DNA of 35,229 bases from a virus. Its lineage: Duplodnaviria; Caudoviricetes. Each line of letters starts with the position of its first letter. Within the stretch, counting starts at the first letter, position 1. Both the position numbers and the translations under genes were made by a program. The stretch spans positions 1 through 35,229 of the IMG/VR virus record IMGVR_UViG_3300025018_002594; one strand, written 5' to 3'. Positions 16,376 through 25,146 of this stretch are shown one piece after another. Under the pieces are notes generated by a model. That model worked only from the letters and a program-made list of their open reading frames with translations. It was not told the origin of the DNA and ran no database searches.

Positions 16376-17998
16376 ATGCAGTACCAGTTTGCATTCGACG
16401 ATTTGTGTTCCGTCGCAAATGCGTACGAGCGTGCGCAAGTGCCGAGCACTCCTGACAAACGAAAGCGCTACAAACTTCCGTCGGGCTTCACGCCCATCAC
16501 TCCGTTGTATTATCACCAGCTTGTTGGTGTGCATCGCTTGATATGCAATGCGCAATATGGTTTGTTTGACGAGCCGGGTCTCGGCAAGACTTTGCAGTTG
16601 ATGTACGCGGTATATGAGTTGCAACAGACGCGGCGCATCGAGCGCACAATAATTATTTGCAAAGCGTCACATGCGTACACATGGCAGACGCAATTGCAAA
16701 CACACCTTCCGTCTTGTACCGTGCATTCGCTCGTAGGCAAGACGCCTGTGCAACGCATATACAATGATACCGCCGACTTCACGATAGTCAATTATGAGTT
16801 GTTGCAACGTACCGGTAAGCACTACAGTCCGCCGTTACGCGTACCATGGAGCCATCAAACATTGCGCTATAGCGAAGACGTTGCGCGATTGATTGCATAC
16901 GCGACTAAGTACAAGTGTGCCGTTGTATGTGATGAATCGCAGTACATCAAGAGCATGCGCGCCAATATTACGCGTACGCTGTGTGCGCTCGCTCCATTGT
17001 TTACGCGCCGGTATATTGCAACGGGTACGCCCATTTCCGAGCGGCCTGATGACGCGTGGTCGCAGGTATTCTTTCTCGATAGCGGCAAGCTGTTTGGCAC
17101 GTCATATCTTTCGTTTCTGCGCAATCACGCAGACCTGATTCAGACGCAGTACGGTTTGAAAGTTATTCGGTATAAAAATATGCAGTCATTGCACAAGCGC
17201 CTGCGCATGATAAGCGTACGTCGTCTCAAGGATGATTGCCTAGATTTACCACCTAAGTTAGTGCGTGATGTTCCAATGCTTGCCGACGCGACGCACGAGC
17301 GCGTGATGCAACGATATCGTGATGCGTTGTTGACCGCGTTGCATGTGTACAAGGGCAACACCATTACGCCGCAAAAGAACAGTAACATCTCGCAAGCATT
17401 GCAAGACATTCAAGTCGCGGCGGCGATGCCGTGTTTGCTTGACGCGCAATGTGAGCGCAAACACAATACCAAGTACCAGCGTTTGCTCGATGACTTGCAC
17501 GATATGAACGGCGCATATTTGATTGTGTGGTGCGTGCATGTAACGGTTGCCAAAAGGCTCACGCAATTCTTGCAACAAGACGGCATTAACGTTGCCTGTA
17601 TATATGGCGATGTTGCGCACACCGAGCGCGCACGTATTATTGAAGCCTTTCAATCAGGCACCGGTGTGCAAGTGCTTGTGGCAACGCAAGCGTCATTGCG
17701 CGAGAACGTTACGCTCACGCGTGCCAAGCGTGCGGTGTATTATGAATTGGATTGGGCGCTTACAAATTGGGTGCAGTCGCAAGACCGCATTCACAGAATT
17801 GATGCACAATCCGCATCGGGTACTGCACAAACCACCGAGCACATTTTGCTCGATGTGTTCTTGCTCAGGCAATCGCTAGACGAGTATATGTTCTCGGTCA
17901 TTCAAGCTAAGCAACTTGTTGCGCAGTCTGTGACCGATGGCGGACGACACAAGCAAGCATTGACCAAGCTTAAACTTATTCGTGCGCTGCGATGGTAG
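16376..17998 (+). CDS. SNF2-family (SF2) helicase
   Basis: Motif I DEPGLGKT, 'IVNYELL', motif II CDESQ, motif III ATGTP, motif VI 'QSQDRIHRI'. Confidence 0.9.
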   Translation: MQYQFAFDDLCSVANAYERAQVPSTPDKRKRYKLPSGFTPITPLYYHQLVGVHRLICNAQYGLFDEPGLGKTLQLMYAVYELQQTRRIERTIIICKASHAYTWQTQLQTHLPSCTVHSLVGKTPVQRIYNDTADFTIVNYELLQRTGKHYSPPLRVPWSHQTLRYSEDVARLIAYATKYKCAVVCDESQYIKSMRANITRTLCALAPLFTRRYIATGTPISERPDDAWSQVFFLDSGKLFGTSYLSFLRNHADLIQTQYGLKVIRYKNMQSLHKRLRMISVRRLKDDCLDLPPKLVRDVPMLADATHERVMQRYRDALLTALHVYKGNTITPQKNSNISQALQDIQVAAAMPCLLDAQCERKHNTKYQRLLDDLHDMNGAYLIVWCVHVTVAKRLTQFLQQDGINVACIYGDVAHTERARIIEAFQSGTGVQVLVATQASLRENVTLTRAKRAVYYELDWALTNWVQSQDRIHRIDAQSASGTAQTTEHILLDVFLLRQSLDEYMFSVIQAKQLVAQSVTDGGRHKQALTKLKLIRALRW

Positions 17999-18026
17999 TG
18001 GCGCACATAACCGAGAGGACAAACCC

Positions 18027-18752
18027 ATGAAGCAAAAAGATTATCTCGCCAACGCATTCGAGCAAGTGCGGACTGATTCAGCAGAAACGTTAAAAGCGCT
18101 GCATTGCAAAGACGGACGCGTGCTCGGTATCGTACCTTGGTGCGGCTCAATACTGGTATATACCGACGCCGACGCGTTGCAGCAGAACATTCCTACCGCG
18201 TTCAAGCATCGCGTGTTGGATGCATCCGCCGATGGCTCGGTGGATTGGGTGCGCGTATTGCAGACGCGTGCCAACGCTGTAGTCAATACGCCGGTGAAGC
18301 CTGAGCATTGCATTGTGGTCAATCGTAAAGCATTGCTCGATATCCTCAACGCATGTGAGCACGATGTTGTGCAGTTGGAATGCTTGTCCGATGTTTTCAG
18401 TAGCACCGATACGCCGGTTGCAATCGCAGCCACGCGTGAAACGTTGGCACTCGTACAAAAGTATATGCACAATGGGCAAAGCGTTGTCTATATGCAAGAC
18501 GCATTGTGCATTACCGACGGCGCGGGTGCCGATACCGACGATGGTATCATTGTGCAACTCGGCGCGGTGCGCGTAGTGCGGCCTGTGATGCCGTTGCGTA
18601 TTGCATTTGCGCAGACTAAACCTAAGCAAAAGAAAACTGCGAAGGCAAAACTCAAACTCAAAAAGAAAGGAACGGCTATCGCAAACGTAATCATGCCCGC
18701 AACAAAATCAAATGCAACGAGCATGCGCGACAGGCTCAAACAACTCAAATGA
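18027..18752 (+). CDS. Hypothetical protein with Lys-rich C-terminus; weak resemblance to sliding-clamp (beta) folds
   Basis: ATG at 18027 with CGAGAGGACA RBS. 'IVVNRKALLDIL' and 'VMPLRI' recall beta-clamp segments but this is weak. Confidence 0.6.
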   Translation: MKQKDYLANAFEQVRTDSAETLKALHCKDGRVLGIVPWCGSILVYTDADALQQNIPTAFKHRVLDASADGSVDWVRVLQTRANAVVNTPVKPEHCIVVNRKALLDILNACEHDVVQLECLSDVFSSTDTPVAIAATRETLALVQKYMHNGQSVVYMQDALCITDGAGADTDDGIIVQLGAVRVVRPVMPLRIAFAQTKPKQKKTAKAKLKLKKKGTAIANVIMPATKSNATSMRDRLKQLK

Positions 18753-18768
18753 AAGGAGCGAGTGATAT

Positions 18769-19020
18769 ATGCCAAACGAAAAATTATTCAGCGGTAACAT
18801 GTGTCGCATTATAAACGCTTCGCAATACGTGCGCCACGTAACGCAACACACACAGCTTAGTCACGCTGAACTTGCCATGCAAGTTGGATGCAGCCCGAGC
18901 CTCATTCAGCGATGGGCATCAACAAATGAACCATTGCGTACGCATCGACGCATTGCAGAAAAATTTTGCCATATCTATATGCAAGCGCTTGGCACTCCGC
19001 CAAAACGCTTTATCAATTAA
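18769..19020 (+). CDS. Small HTH (XRE/Cro-like) DNA-binding protein
   Basis: 'LSHAELAMQVGCSPSLIQRW' helix-turn-helix pattern. AAGGAG RBS. Confidence 0.7.
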   Translation: MPNEKLFSGNMCRIINASQYVRHVTQHTQLSHAELAMQVGCSPSLIQRWASTNEPLRTHRRIAEKFCHIYMQALGTPPKRFIN

Positions 19021-19075
19021 ACCGAATCGAAACGAAACCAAACCAAACCGAAGAACACAAAGGAGAATTTCAGTC

Positions 19076-20218
19076 ATGGCCAAGAAAGCAAACACCCCCA
19101 AGATTGACCGCACGCAAGTGGTCGCGCTCATCAAAATGTGGAACACTGATAATGAGTTTGTTCCAGCGGATAAGTATTTTGCCAAGGCGTTGAAGAATGC
19201 CGACGTGGATGCGCTTGTCGCGGAACTCAAAGCGAAGATGGTTGCGGCTATCAATGCGAAGTCGTACGCCGATGAACTCAGCGATGAGCTGTATGTGTTC
19301 ATGGATTCCAATGGCGTCGCGGACGAAGTCGATGACGTTGAAGACGCGGACGAAGACGCCGACGAAGATGATGATGATAAGGTACTTGACGGCGGCGATG
19401 AAGATTCCGATGACGAAGATGCGGACGAAGACGGCGATGAGGATTCTGAGGAAGATGCGGATGCGGATGACGAAGAAGAGACCGCCGACGATGACAACGA
19501 AAACACCGATGACGATACCGAAGACGCCGACGAAGACGAACCGGTTGAAGATGAAGACGAAGACGCCGACGAAGCGGAAGTCGAAGTTGATGCGGATGCG
19601 GATGCGGATGATGATGACGATACAGATAACGATGAAGTCATCGTTGATGCCGCCGACGTTAAGTTGTTGGTCGTAAATAACTCTGACAACGTGGCGCAGG
19701 TGTTGCATATGCTCTGCACGCATCTCGCCAACAACGCAACGCCGGTCAGCGTAACGTTTACGTTCGGTGGCAGCAACGGTAGCGCGCAGCCGAAGCCGCA
19801 ACCGCTACCGCTCACGACGCCAGCGCAGAAACGTATCTGGCAGGGCGACGGCGGCGAGATTGTCAAAGGCAAGCGTACACCGAAGCAGCCAAACAAAGTG
19901 CAAGCGGTTGAGACCACCAGTCGCAGCAAGAAACGCGACAAACAAGCCGCGCGTACCGTTGCGAACAAATCGGTATCCACCGGCAAGCCGTTCGATACCG
20001 ATAAGGCGAAGGCCATTATCAAAAAGATTCGGCGCAGCAAAGACCCTATTGCAACGTTTCAGAAGATGTGTTTGGCCCGTGGCGAATTGCATACGATGGA
20101 ACCGCGTGTCGAAGTAATGCGGCTTCTGAAACTGAAACCGCGTAAGTCTGACTCGAAGAAGTCGTCTGCGTTTGCAATCAAGACGTGGATTGAAGAGAAG
20201 GTGCTTGTCGAAAAGTAA
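19076..20218 (+). CDS. Hypothetical protein with a very long Asp/Glu tract and basic C-terminal domain
   Basis: ATG at 19076 after AAGGAG; roughly 100 residues dominated by D/E (about 19320-19640); K/R-rich C-terminus. Confidence 0.8.
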   Translation: MAKKANTPKIDRTQVVALIKMWNTDNEFVPADKYFAKALKNADVDALVAELKAKMVAAINAKSYADELSDELYVFMDSNGVADEVDDVEDADEDADEDDDDKVLDGGDEDSDDEDADEDGDEDSEEDADADDEEETADDDNENTDDDTEDADEDEPVEDEDEDADEAEVEVDADADADDDDDTDNDEVIVDAADVKLLVVNNSDNVAQVLHMLCTHLANNATPVSVTFTFGGSNGSAQPKPQPLPLTTPAQKRIWQGDGGEIVKGKRTPKQPNKVQAVETTSRSKKRDKQAARTVANKSVSTGKPFDTDKAKAIIKKIRRSKDPIATFQKMCLARGELHTMEPRVEVMRLLKLKPRKSDSKKSSAFAIKTWIEEKVLVEK

Positions 20219-20238
20219 TCAAGGCACGGCACTGTACA

Positions 20239-20282
20239 GCGCAAACGTCAGCGATAGGCGCGACGGCTCGGAGAGCACGGGC
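20239..20282 (+). ncRNA. Candidate H-type pseudoknot plus hairpin motif
   Basis: gcgc (20239-42)/gcgc (20258-61) crosses cgtc (20246-49)/gacg (20262-65), followed by gctcg-gagagca-cgggc. Confidence 0.4.
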
Positions 20283-20303
20283 ATTTATTTTGTCAAATAG
20301 TTT

Positions 20304-20465
20304 TACCCCGTGAGGCGTGGCAGCGCCTTGGCAAGAGTGCCCGACGAATCCTAACAGAAACTAAGGCTGGAAAGCTCCGCAGAAAGAACACGAAGTGTTG
20401 AGAATCTGCCAATGGAAGACTTGAGTGAGTGGTTGCCGGGTGGGGAATCCGGCCACGGGGTACAA
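20304..20465 (+). ncRNA. Candidate tRNA-like structured RNA (about 160 nt), not a canonical tRNA
   Basis: Terminal stem taccccgtg/cacggggta; D-arm-like aggcg-tggcag-cgcct; T-arm-like gccggg-tggggaa-tccggc abutting the 3' strand; about 100 nt where the anticodon arm would be. Confidence 0.5.
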
Positions 20466-20490
20466 ATTTTCAATCGGAAAGGAAATTACA

Positions 20491-20970
20491 ATGCACGAAG
20501 TAACCCTATATGACGAGACCCATGTCAGAGGTGAATATCGCAATATCAATTTTGAGATTGTGCAATGGCGCGACGCTGATTGGCGCGTAGACATTATGAA
20601 AGGTATTGGTGATGGCGCGCAGACGTGTTGGAATTATTATATTGACGTTCCGCTTCGTAAACTCACGGACGCATTGCGCGCTACAATATTGCAAGCACCG
20701 GGGGTCGATGCCGTATTCCCAGAGCATATGAATTTTCAAGACGATGCGCTTGCAGAGAATCTTGCAATGCACGGCGGTTGCACGTATCGTGAACTGAAGT
20801 TTCGACATTTTACAACGTCGCCTATTTATCGTCTTGGGTGTGACTACATGCACGCAGACGATATGCTGAATCCAGACAAGCCCACGCAAGCAAGCGTACT
20901 GGAAGATGTCAAGATGACCATCGATGACCTGTACGAAAACTTTATACAATCCGATGCGGATAAAACCTAA
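20491..20970 (+). CDS. Conserved phage hypothetical protein (HGG-x-T ... G-x-D-x-x-H motif)
   Basis: 'MHGGCTY...LGCDYMHADD' motif. ATG at 20491 with AAGGA RBS. Confidence 0.7.
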   Translation: MHEVTLYDETHVRGEYRNINFEIVQWRDADWRVDIMKGIGDGAQTCWNYYIDVPLRKLTDALRATILQAPGVDAVFPEHMNFQDDALAENLAMHGGCTYRELKFRHFTTSPIYRLGCDYMHADDMLNPDKPTQASVLEDVKMTIDDLYENFIQSDADKT

Positions 20971-21008
20971 TGCGCATGCTGTGCGCATAACGCAGAGAGG
21001 ACGGTGAA

Positions 21009-23657
21009 ATGAAAACGGATTGCGTAACACGCCCTGAGTGCATTGCCTGTGCGCTGCATACGCAATGCCGTTCAGAAGCGATGAACGGTTACGGCAATGA
21101 AGCGCAAGGCGGCATTTTAATTATTGGTGATGCACCGAACGACCGAGACGACTTCAAGGGCCAACCGTTCAACGGCAAAGCGGCAGACCTGTTGCGGCGT
21201 ACGCTCAAGCGATACCGTGTGGACATGACGCGTGTGCGCTACACAAACGCGTTGCGATGCAAGCCGCCAGAAAACAAAGCGCCGAGCGTGAAACAAATCA
21301 ATGCGTGCCGTGACCTGCTTGTGCGAGAGATTGATGACTACACGCCTGAGTATATTCTCTTGCTCGGCAATACGCCCTTGCGTGCAGTGCTCAAAAAAGC
21401 AGGCATTACGAAGCAACGGCGTACGGTCTTCGCATACACCACACCGCAAGGAACAGCTTGCAAGGTCATTGCAGCGTTTCATCCGGGCCACGTCATGAAG
21501 CAACAAAACGAACTGAAACGCTTTGAAGGTGACATTAAATTTTTTGCAGACGTTGTGACTAATACGCATACGCACATCGGGAAGTTGTGCAAGCACATCA
21601 ACGCGCAGCCCACTGCAAAGCAATTGCTTGCGTGGTACACATCGCTTAAATATAAACCGCGTCCGGTTGCGTTTGACGTGGAGACCACTTCGTTGTATCC
21701 GCATCTCGAACACGATAGCATGGCTTTATTGTGTTTGGGTTTGAGCGACGGTAAGAAAACATTTGTGATTCGCTGGCAAAGCCTGCGCTCTGAGAAGGTA
21801 GATCGCAAGACCGTGTATATGGTGGACAACGCAACACGCAACAATGCGGCGATGGATGTTGCGCGTATGATTCTCGCAGACCCATGCGTGCCGAAGATTG
21901 CGCACAACGCAAAATATGATTTGCATTGCTTGCAGGTGTTACTCGGCATCCGCGTTGAGCCGGTTGTTTGCGATACGTTGTTGTTGCATGCGTTGTTGTT
22001 TCCGCAAGAAGGCGGGCATGACTTGTCTACCGTCGCTTGCGACCTGCTCAAGATTGATGACTACGCAAAGATGCTTGCACCGTATGTGGGTGACGGGTAC
22101 AACTCAAAAGCATATGGGAAAATTCCGTACAAAAAACTCGCACGGTATAACGCTTACGATATCGTTGCAACGCATGCGATTTATGTTCGCTTGTTGCGGC
22201 GACTCGTACGCATGGACAAGCAACACGTTGAAAAGAAATCACTCGGTGTGTTGCCAAGCGTGTTATTCGACAAACTTATCATGCGTGCGATGTATACGTT
22301 GTACGATGCGGAGTTGTTGGGCTTCACGGTGGATCGCGAACATTTAGAAGGACAGCACGGTGTCGGGGCTGCGCTCAGTACGCGCTTGCTCAAACTGCAA
22401 CGCATTGTTAATAGCAACAATCATGTGAAGGCATACAACGCACGGCACACCGCAGAGGTCATCATGACTATTGCGCAACGCAAGCGTGCGCCTGCGGACC
22501 ATGTGCGTGCGCGCATGCTCAACGATTGTTTGTTCAACCTCAACAGCGATGACAACGTACGCGAGTTGTTATTCACTGCGCCGTATTTTGCGTACACCAT
22601 TCCAGACGATATGCCGAAGACCGATGGTGGGCAAACAAGCGTAAGCGCAAGTGCATTGGAATTGCTCAAGCAATCATTGCCACCACGCGCCAACACGCTT
22701 ATGCTCGATACGTTGATTGAGCACAGCGCATTGCATCAGCGTTATACAACATTCATTGCAGGGCTTGCGCAACGCATTGCACGCGACGGACGCGTGCATG
22801 CCAACTTCAATCTCGGCGTCACGCGTACTGGTAGATTGTCATCGAGCAAACCCAATCTGCAAAACATTCCGCGTGAGAAAGAATTCAGAAATATATTCAC
22901 TGCCAGCGACGGCATGCAGTTGGTCAAAGCGGATTATTCACAAATCGAACTGCGTGTGCTCGCGGTCGTGGCACGCGACGAGAATATGATTGATATCTTT
23001 CAGAGCGGTCGCGACTTTCATGCCGAGACTGCGCGGCGCGTGTTTAATATTCCAAACGATGCAGAGGTGTCTAAAGAACTACGGTCGCGCGCAAAAGGCG
23101 TCAACTTTGGTGTGGCGTATGGCGAAGGTGCATACGGTCTCGCGCGTAACATCGGCATCACGCTTGAGCAGGCCGAAGAGTTTATCACAGCATACTACTC
23201 ATTGTTTCACGGATTGCACGCATGGCAGGAGAAAACAAAAGCGTTCGTACGCATGCACGGCTACGTGCAATCCATCTTCGGCAGGCGGCGCATGATTGCA
23301 AACGCAACCATTAAACCATATGCACAACCGGATTGGCGCAAGTTGGTAGGTGCCGCGTATCGCATGGCGGTAAACACGCCGATACAGAGCGCGGCAAGCG
23401 ATATGTGTTTGTGCAGCGCAAACGCATTGGCAAAACGTTTCACCGTACTCAAACTCGATGCGCGTGTGTTGTCTATCGTGCATGATGAAATTATTACCGA
23501 GTGCGCCGACGCATTAGTGCCGCGTGTTGCGGATTTGATACGAATGACCATGACGCGCGAGCCGCTGCGTTGGGTTGGTAAATGGTTCACGGATGTGCCT
23601 ATCATTGTGGACGTGGAAGGAGGCAAATCATGGGGCAGTACGCTGCCAATTATTTAA
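21009..23657 (+). CDS. polA: Family A DNA polymerase with N-terminal uracil-DNA glycosylase-like domain and 3'-5' exonuclease
   Basis: UDG family-4-like 'CIAC..GDAPN..GQPF.GKA..TNALRCKP..FHP'; Exo I 'FDVET', Exo II 'HNAKYD', Exo III 'YNAYD'; 'TRTGRLSS..PNLQNIP'; motif A 'DYSQIELR'; motif B 'RSRAKGVNFGVAYG'; motif C 'VHDE'. Confidence 0.95.
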   Translation: MKTDCVTRPECIACALHTQCRSEAMNGYGNEAQGGILIIGDAPNDRDDFKGQPFNGKAADLLRRTLKRYRVDMTRVRYTNALRCKPPENKAPSVKQINACRDLLVREIDDYTPEYILLLGNTPLRAVLKKAGITKQRRTVFAYTTPQGTACKVIAAFHPGHVMKQQNELKRFEGDIKFFADVVTNTHTHIGKLCKHINAQPTAKQLLAWYTSLKYKPRPVAFDVETTSLYPHLEHDSMALLCLGLSDGKKTFVIRWQSLRSEKVDRKTVYMVDNATRNNAAMDVARMILADPCVPKIAHNAKYDLHCLQVLLGIRVEPVVCDTLLLHALLFPQEGGHDLSTVACDLLKIDDYAKMLAPYVGDGYNSKAYGKIPYKKLARYNAYDIVATHAIYVRLLRRLVRMDKQHVEKKSLGVLPSVLFDKLIMRAMYTLYDAELLGFTVDREHLEGQHGVGAALSTRLLKLQRIVNSNNHVKAYNARHTAEVIMTIAQRKRAPADHVRARMLNDCLFNLNSDDNVRELLFTAPYFAYTIPDDMPKTDGGQTSVSASALELLKQSLPPRANTLMLDTLIEHSALHQRYTTFIAGLAQRIARDGRVHANFNLGVTRTGRLSSSKPNLQNIPREKEFRNIFTASDGMQLVKADYSQIELRVLAVVARDENMIDIFQSGRDFHAETARRVFNIPNDAEVSKELRSRAKGVNFGVAYGEGAYGLARNIGITLEQAEEFITAYYSLFHGLHAWQEKTKAFVRMHGYVQSIFGRRRMIANATIKPYAQPDWRKLVGAAYRMAVNTPIQSAASDMCLCSANALAKRFTVLKLDARVLSIVHDEIITECADALVPRVADLIRMTMTREPLRWVGKWFTDVPIIVDVEGGKSWGSTLPII

Positions 23658-23980
23658 CGCTTGAAGATGCGCCGAATGAATTGCGTGGCATCCGTATCCC
23701 GCTCACACGGTTTGTTGTGTTGCGCATTCCAGAACAAACACTCGTAGCCACCGACGCGCACATAACCGTGACCAGCGATGGATTGTTCCCAACGGAAGAC
23801 GGTGCATCATGCGCCGTGCTGTCGCCAATACTCATACGCATACCGGTGCGTGCATTCGTTTTGATGTACGCGCATACCGCATGGTTCGGATTGCGATGGC
23901 GTGTGCGATTGCAATGCACCATCGTGTTGGGCCTGCGTACGTTGACCAAAGCACTTAGTGAGAAACAAACGAAACCATAA
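23630..23980 (+). CDS. Hypothetical protein
   Basis: ATG at 23630 with GGAGG RBS, overlapping the end of polA and filling the gap to the SSB gene. Confidence 0.55.
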   Translation: MGQYAANYLTLEDAPNELRGIRIPLTRFVVLRIPEQTLVATDAHITVTSDGLFPTEDGASCAVLSPILIRIPVRAFVLMYAHTAWFGLRWRVRLQCTIVLGLRTLTKALSEKQTKP

Positions 23981-23994
23981 AGGAGAACCCCGTC

Positions 23995-25146
23995 ATGTCA
24001 ATGCCAAAGAAAAATAAAGCGAAGCAGTTACTCGGCACAAAATCTGCGAAGCCCGTGGCGAAGTCAAAAACGAAAGCGGCTACGTCTGCAACTGTAGTGA
24101 AGCCTGCCAAGCGTGCGGGCAAAGCTAACCTGCAAAGCATGCGCGCATTCTTGAAGCGCGTGAAACGCGGCGCGCGTACGGATGACAATAACTATTTGAA
24201 ATTGGACAACGGTACAAACCGTGTGCGCTTCATGTTGAGCAACTCAGACAGCGGCGAAATCTTCGAGTACGTACAGTCGCATTTTATTCCGACTGCCGAC
24301 GGCAAGAAGCACAAGTTCGTTTCGCCGCGTTCGAAAGATCCCAACGCATACTGTCCGGCCAGTCTTGTAGTCAATGCGTTGCGCAATGATCCAGATGAGA
24401 ACAGTAAAATGCTTGCAGATGACTTACGCGCATCGCAACGCGTGGTTGCTAACGCATTGCTCAAGACCAAAGGCTCGGAGAAGTGGGAGCAGGGCATACT
24501 CGATATGCCTGCCAGCGTTGCGCGTGATGTGGCGCAGCAGATGTTCATGACGCTGGACATCGACGAAGAGGAAGACTTGGATGATGCTTATGCAGAAGAT
24601 GGAACGATTGCGGATAAAGCGAATGGCTCAGTTGTGCTTATCAAACGTACTGGCAGCGGGCGCGATACGCGTTACACCGTTACGCTTTCCAATAAGCGTA
24701 TGCCCGTGACCGATGCACAATGGAATGCCTGCGTGGACTTGGCTGCGTTCTCGGAGCCAAGCGACCCACATGAGATGGAAGCGGCATTGTGCGAATTGCT
24801 TGCACTTGATTCACTTGACGAATTGATTGGCGGAAGTGGTAACAAACGCACGTCTGTAAAACAACAACGTAACAATGGTAAAGGGGCAGTGAGTGATGAT
24901 GCCAATAAAACGGAAAGCGAAGACGAAGACGAAGACGATGAAACGGAAAACGAAGATGAAACGGAAGTCGAAGCGGAAGATGCCGACACAGATGAAGACG
25001 ACGAGACCGACCTCGATCTCGAAGAAGAGCCTGAGTGCTTCGGCAATTATGCAGCGAATAAAGTCCGCAAGCGCGGCTGCAAGGATTGTTCCTTCCAACC
25101 CACCTGTAAAGACATCGCAACCATTGACGAAGACGGTGACGCGTAA
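23995..25146 (+). CDS. Single-stranded DNA-binding protein (T4 gp32-like) with acidic tail and C-terminal Cys4 motif
   Basis: 'YLKLDNGTNRVRF', 'CPA', 'G..VLIKRTGSGRDTRYTV'; acidic tract; CFG-x11-C-x2-C-x5-C; located between polA and recA. Confidence 0.7.
   Translation: MSMPKKNKAKQLLGTKSAKPVAKSKTKAATSATVVKPAKRAGKANLQSMRAFLKRVKRGARTDDNNYLKLDNGTNRVRFMLSNSDSGEIFEYVQSHFIPTADGKKHKFVSPRSKDPNAYCPASLVVNALRNDPDENSKMLADDLRASQRVVANALLKTKGSEKWEQGILDMPASVARDVAQQMFMTLDIDEEEDLDDAYAEDGTIADKANGSVVLIKRTGSGRDTRYTVTLSNKRMPVTDAQWNACVDLAAFSEPSDPHEMEAALCELLALDSLDELIGGSGNKRTSVKQQRNNGKGAVSDDANKTESEDEDEDDETENEDETEVEAEDADTDEDDETDLDLEEEPECFGNYAANKVRKRGCKDCSFQPTCKDIATIDEDGDA

Noticed and set aside
18919-20040. Long minus-strand Ser-rich ORF (373 aa) and other alternative-frame ORFs over the acidic gene
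   Set aside because: These are shadow frames of GAY/GAR codon runs, with no RBS and against the uniform + strand polarity.
20304-20465. Canonical tRNA, tRNA-Sec or tmRNA call
   Set aside because: There is no 7-nt anticodon loop in the correct position and no TTCRA T-loop, and it is too short for tmRNA and lacks its GGGG...CCACCA ends. Kept only as tRNA-like.
24893-25135. Lys/Thr/Met-rich N-terminal extension of RecA in the ORF track
   Set aside because: It is an off-frame reading of the SSB acidic tract; RecA similarity begins after about 25136.
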